A DNA stretch of 39,636 bases, taken from positions 1-39,636 of the forward strand of contig MHDO01000152.1 of NCBI GenBank assembly GCA_001805005.1. The letters run 5' to 3'. The stretch comes from Nitrospinae bacterium RIFCSPLOWO2_12_39_16 (GTDB taxonomy: Bacteria > Nitrospinota > Nitrospinia > UBA9942). Below, piece after piece: positions 35,404 to 39,636 of this stretch. Below the pieces are notes generated by a model. It saw only the letters and a program-made list of their open reading frames with translations, searched no databases and was not told the origin of the DNA. A program made the position numbers and the translations under genes. How positions within the stretch are numbered: position 1 is the first letter of the stretch; each line of letters opens with the position of its first letter.

Positions 35404-38136
35404 ATGCCATTCAGTAAAGAGGAATTTGAGAAGCTGTTTGAAATTTTTAAATTGGAGTGTGATGAGCATATACAGAAACTCAACAGCGGCATACTGACCC
35501 TTGAGGAAAATCCTGATAATATAGGACTCATTGGGGAAATTCTTCGGGATGCACACAGCCTTAAAGGTGCTGCCCGAATGATTGATTTTAAGTCAATAGA
35601 GGATATTTCCCACAACCTTGAAACAATTCTCGGAAAAATTAAAAAGGGTGAAATCAAACTTTCAACTGAAATCGCCAATCTAATCTTTAACAGCCTGGAA
35701 AACATTTCTGAAATCGTAAAAATCATATCACAGGGAGGCAGAGAAGATGAGGTTGATATCTCATCACTGATTGAACAGCTAAAGAAGGCATCAAAAGGTG
35801 AGCCATTTTCAAAGCCATCAGCCAAAAAAAATAAGCCAGATGAAACACCCCGCCTATCCCCCCTTTCTGAAGATGGGATAGATATGAATCTCTTCATGGA
35901 AGAGACAACTGATTCATATCAGAATCTTATAAACAGCCTCATCAAGATTGAGAAATCTCCTGACAATAAAAAGGCGATAGAGATTGCCTATAACCAAATA
36001 CATGCCCTAAAGGGGAGTGCCCGCATGATAAAACACAGTAAAATGGATTCACTCTCACTTGCCATGGAACAGATATTATCAGGGGCTATGGACAAAAAAA
36101 TTGTTATAACTCCTTCGTTGATAAGCACCCTCCTATCAGGTGCAGATTTCATAAAAATATTTATCCATCAAATCGGCAGCAAGATGAATCCTCCGTATAA
36201 TTGGCAAAACTCTGATGAAGTTCTGCCTAAAGATATAGACCAAAACACATTTAGAGAACTTACTGATATTATCAATTCAGTTAATCCATATCTATCGACA
36301 GGCAGGCAACAGACGACTGAAACTTCATCAAAAATACCTAACATTAAAAAGGGGCATAAGCCTAATGGTGGGGCTTCTGCCATCCAGTCAAAAAGCACTG
36401 TTAGGGTAGCTTCCGAAAAGCTTGATAGACTTATGGAAGAGGCGGGCGAGCTTTTAATCATGAAGTTAAAGGCACAGCAGAGAGTCATCCATGTCCAGTC
36501 AATAATCAATGACTGTAATTTGACTAATCAGTCATTTAAAAAAAATAAAAGGGTAATTCGCCACCAGGCAAAATTGAAGAATGATAAAACCTCAGAGGTT
36601 ACAGAGAAACGCATATTAACAGAATTTGAAAAAAAGATTTCAAATCTCTCTGACAGGCTTGATTCTCTCTACAAGACACTGTCTAATGACAGTCACCAGC
36701 TTTCACTTATCATCGAAAAACTTCAGGACGATATTAGAAAAACAAGGCTCCTCCCCTTCCATACAATCATGAGTGCATTTCCAAAGATGGTAAGGGATAT
36801 ATCTGTCAATGAAAATAAAAAGATAAAATTTGAATTCTCAGGCGGCGATATTGAGCTTGATAAATTTATCCTTGAAGAGATTAAATCCCCCCTTATGCAT
36901 ATGCTACGCAATTCCATTGACCATGGAATAGAACCGACGGAAGATAGAATAAAATTTGGTAAAACCGAGGAGGGAAATATAAAAATATTGCTGTCTCAGA
37001 AAGGGAATAATGTCATTATAGAAATAAATGATGACGGTAGTGGAATAAACATTGAACAACTAAAGAGTTCTGCTGTAAAAAAAGGATTATATACAGAAAA
37101 AGAGATGCAGCAGATGAAGGAGAGACAAATACTGAATATCATATTTCAACCAGGCTTTTCTACAAGTAAAATTATTACGGACATATCAGGCAGGGGAATT
37201 GGAATGGATGTAGTAAAGGCTACCATTGAACGGTTAAATGGAACAATTGACATTGAGACATCAAAAAATACAGGAACAAGATTCATTCTTACAATCCCTC
37301 TAACCCTCAGCATAACCCATGCTATTAAATTTTTAGTCAACAACGAAATTTATTACATCCCTATCGATATGATTGAAAGAATAATAATAGTTGACGAGAA
37401 AAATCTGTCTACCATTGAGAGGGGACTTGCGATACATTATAATGGTTCAATAATACCTTATGTCCGCATGCAGCAGATATTGGAGATACCGGTGTCTGAG
37501 TCTAAAGAGTCAGAGAGATTTGCGATTATCCTTAAAACAGGCAATACAATGGCAGCATTTGCTATAGATAAATTCCTTGGGGAGGAGGACATAACCATAA
37601 AAGGGCTGGGAAACTATATGAAGAGGGTTAGAAATATCTCAGGGATTACTATTATGAGCGATGGCAATATTGCACCACTTTTAAATGTAACCGATATGAT
37701 TAATACAATCCAGCTCAGAGGAATAGCATCAACAAAGAGAAAAATAGAAAGTCCTGATGTAGAAAAACACCTTTCAATTCTTGTGATTGATGATTCAATT
37801 ATGACAAGAACACTTGAAAAAAATATACTTGAATCTTATGGCTATGATGTAGTAACCGCCATTGACGGGCAGGATGCAATTTTAAAGCTGCATGAAAAGA
37901 ATTTTGATGTTATTGTAAGCGATGTCCAGATGCCAAACATGGACGGCATTGAATTGACAGAGAAAATCAAACAGGATAACAGATACAGCAAAATTCCTGT
38001 CATACTTGTTACCGCCATGGAATCGGATGAAGATAAAAAAAGAGGAATGCAGGTAGGTGCAGACGCATACATAGTCAAAAGCTCATTTGACCAGTCAAAC
38101 TTATTAACAACTATAAAACGGCTGACAAGTATATGA
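35404..38136 (+). CDS. cheA: Hybrid CheA (two Hpt, dimerisation, HATPase, CheW, REC)
   Basis: AHSLKGAAR and IHALKGSAR Hpt motifs, HMLRNSIDHGIE, DDGSG, PGFSTS..ITDISGRGIGMDVV, C-terminal REC. ATG 35404 preferred over TTG 35377. Confidence 0.95.
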   Translation: MPFSKEEFEKLFEIFKLECDEHIQKLNSGILTLEENPDNIGLIGEILRDAHSLKGAARMIDFKSIEDISHNLETILGKIKKGEIKLSTEIANLIFNSLENISEIVKIISQGGREDEVDISSLIEQLKKASKGEPFSKPSAKKNKPDETPRLSPLSEDGIDMNLFMEETTDSYQNLINSLIKIEKSPDNKKAIEIAYNQIHALKGSARMIKHSKMDSLSLAMEQILSGAMDKKIVITPSLISTLLSGADFIKIFIHQIGSKMNPPYNWQNSDEVLPKDIDQNTFRELTDIINSVNPYLSTGRQQTTETSSKIPNIKKGHKPNGGASAIQSKSTVRVASEKLDRLMEEAGELLIMKLKAQQRVIHVQSIINDCNLTNQSFKKNKRVIRHQAKLKNDKTSEVTEKRILTEFEKKISNLSDRLDSLYKTLSNDSHQLSLIIEKLQDDIRKTRLLPFHTIMSAFPKMVRDISVNENKKIKFEFSGGDIELDKFILEEIKSPLMHMLRNSIDHGIEPTEDRIKFGKTEEGNIKILLSQKGNNVIIEINDDGSGINIEQLKSSAVKKGLYTEKEMQQMKERQILNIIFQPGFSTSKIITDISGRGIGMDVVKATIERLNGTIDIETSKNTGTRFILTIPLTLSITHAIKFLVNNEIYYIPIDMIERIIIVDEKNLSTIERGLAIHYNGSIIPYVRMQQILEIPVSESKESERFAIILKTGNTMAAFAIDKFLGEEDITIKGLGNYMKRVRNISGITIMSDGNIAPLLNVTDMINTIQLRGIASTKRKIESPDVEKHLSILVIDDSIMTRTLEKNILESYGYDVVTAIDGQDAILKLHEKNFDVIVSDVQMPNMDGIELTEKIKQDNRYSKIPVILVTAMESDEDKKRGMQVGADAYIVKSSFDQSNLLTTIKRLTSI

Positions 38137-38140
38137 AGAA

Positions 38141-38208
38141 GGGGTCAAGGATACGAGGATTCAGGTGGAAAACACTTGAACCCATGGACCCTTGAATCCT
38201 TGAACCCT
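38141..38208. repeat. Octamer-period palindrome (GGTTCAAG / CTTGAACC type)
   Basis: ggggtcaagg atacgagg attcaggtg ... cacttgaac ccatggac ccttgaat ccttgaaccc; a relic lies at about 35358-35390. Confidence 0.8.
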
Positions 38209-38224
38209 TTGTTTAATTTTCTAT

Positions 38225-39316
38225 ATGATTAGAGTATTGATTACAGAAGATTCGCCGACAATAGCAGAGATTATAAGGATGACCCTTATCAAGGATAAGG
38301 AGATACAGGTCATTGGGTGGGCGAAAAATGGCAAAGAGTGTATAGAGATGACTAATAAATTAAAACCGAATGTTATTACAATGGATATCCGCATGCCTGT
38401 AATGGACGGTTTTGAGGCAACCAAGCAGATAATGGCAAAAACTCCCACCCCGATATTGGTCTTTAGTGCCTCTATAAATGATGACTTAAATGTTACCTTT
38501 AATGCACTAAAATTCGGGGCATTGGATGTCCTTGAAAAGCCCAGAACACTGACAGCCGGCAAGTCATCAGATGATATGGCAGAGGAACTCATACAGCGAA
38601 TTAAAATTGTATCAAGGGTCCGCCCCTTCAAAAAAACTTTTAAGCCAACTCCTCTGGAAAGTAAAAAACATCGTCCAAAAAGAATATCTATTTCTTCCGA
38701 TGGAGACAGCATCTTAATTATCGGCGCCTCAACAGGTGGGCCGCCTGTATTAAATTATATCCTAAATAAGCTGCCTTCAAAATTTCCTTTGCCGATTCTG
38801 ATTGCACAACATATAGCACGTGGATTTATTGAAGGACTGGTTACATGGCTTCAGGATGGATGCTCAATCAAAATTAAAATTGGCGAAAACAACGAAACCG
38901 TTGAAAAGGGTAAAGTCTATTTTGCACCTGACAATTATCATATGGGAATTACAGATAACAAAAAAATATTCCTGAGTAATGCCCCGCCAATTTCGGGACA
39001 CCGTCCTTCAGTGAATTTTTTAATGGAATCCTCTGCATCCGTATATAGAGAGCACTGTATGGGTATAATACTTACAGGCATGGGAAGGGATGGTGCCATG
39101 GGGATGATGGCAATAAAAAAGGAAGGGGGTTTTACCCTTTCACAGGATATGGAGAGTAGTGCTATCTTCGGTATGCCAAAGGTTGCAATTGAGAGTGGTG
39201 CTGTTATGAAGGTGTGTAATATTGAGCAGATTCCTAACGAGATAATATGGTGGATTCAGAAAAAAAACCTAATAAGCCACAGAGACACAGAGGCACAGAG
39301 AAATAAAATAAGTTAA
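38225..39316 (+). CDS. cheB: CheB methylesterase (REC + esterase)
   Basis: REC (MDIRMP); GASTGGP, AQHI and LTGMGRDG catalytic S/H/D. Confidence 0.95.
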   Translation: MIRVLITEDSPTIAEIIRMTLIKDKEIQVIGWAKNGKECIEMTNKLKPNVITMDIRMPVMDGFEATKQIMAKTPTPILVFSASINDDLNVTFNALKFGALDVLEKPRTLTAGKSSDDMAEELIQRIKIVSRVRPFKKTFKPTPLESKKHRPKRISISSDGDSILIIGASTGGPPVLNYILNKLPSKFPLPILIAQHIARGFIEGLVTWLQDGCSIKIKIGENNETVEKGKVYFAPDNYHMGITDNKKIFLSNAPPISGHRPSVNFLMESSASVYREHCMGIILTGMGRDGAMGMMAIKKEGGFTLSQDMESSAIFGMPKVAIESGAVMKVCNIEQIPNEIIWWIQKKNLISHRDTEAQRNKIS

Positions 39317-39347
39317 AGAAATCTCCGTGTCTCCGTGCCTCTGTGGC
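39276..39347. repeat. Octamer-period palindrome overlapping the cheB 3' end
   Basis: gccacagagacacagaggcacagag ... ctccgtgtctccgtgcctctgtggc. Confidence 0.88.
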
Positions 39348-39361
39348 AAATTTTATATATT

Positions 39362-39636
39362 ATGAATAATAAACGGGTATTGGTGATAGATGACAGCAAA
39401 ACCCAGCTTGTCTCGCTGCAAATGTCCCTCCAGAAGTATGGGTATGATGTCATAACTGCAGGTAATGGCATGGAAGGGGTCAACCGTGCATTCAGAGACG
39501 CACCTGATATTGTTGTCTCCGATGTAATGATGCCAGAATTAAATGGCTATCAAGTATGCAGACTGCTAAAAAATAATAAGGAAACCTCCGATATCCCTAT
39601 TATTCTGCTAACAAGTATGGACCAGCCGCAGGATAG
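39362..39636 (+). CDS. Response regulator, N-terminal REC domain (truncated by window end)
   Basis: Hand translation: MNNKRVLVIDDSKTQL...GYDVITAGNGMEG...PDIVVSDVMMPELNGYQVCRLLKNNKETSDIPIILLTS. Confidence 0.9.
   Translation, partial: MNNKRVLVIDDSKTQLVSLQMSLQKYGYDVITAGNGMEGVNRAFRDAPDIVVSDVMMPELNGYQVCRLLKNNKETSDIPIILLTSMDQPQD

Noticed and set aside
5514-38712. Numerous short S/I/L/F-rich ORFs opposite long genes
   Set aside because: Typical antisense shadows in AT-rich coding DNA.

Overview
AT-rich bacterial window with four blocks. (1) 1-2620: the 5' part of a type I cas3 (minus strand, absent from the ORF track), two or three degenerate cas3-HD relics, and two toxin-antitoxin cassettes (MNT/HEPN, Phd/VapC) interleaved with them. 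(2) 2710-4367: a DUF3108-like gene and fabI. (3) 4380-26815, all minus strand: a ~22 kb extracellular electron transfer locus. It holds two OmcS-like hexaheme cytochromes, a 26-heme lipoprotein cytochrome, four triheme c7 cytochromes, and a putative nanowire assembly set (beta-barrel, CsgG-like lipoproteins, beta-propellers, SurA/PrsA-like PPIase). It also has a cytochrome b with no Rieske partner in the window and a heme-c sensor kinase/NtrC pair with three matching sigma54 promoters. (4) 27083-39636, plus strand: REC-HD-GYP, a sensor kinase and a Wsp/ACF-like chemosensory operon whose MCP also has a heme-c sensor. Short-period (7-9 nt) palindromic repeats recur throughout, and in six exported proteins of the cytochrome locus they encode the signal peptide itself. 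All calls come from reading motifs by eye; no database searches were run.
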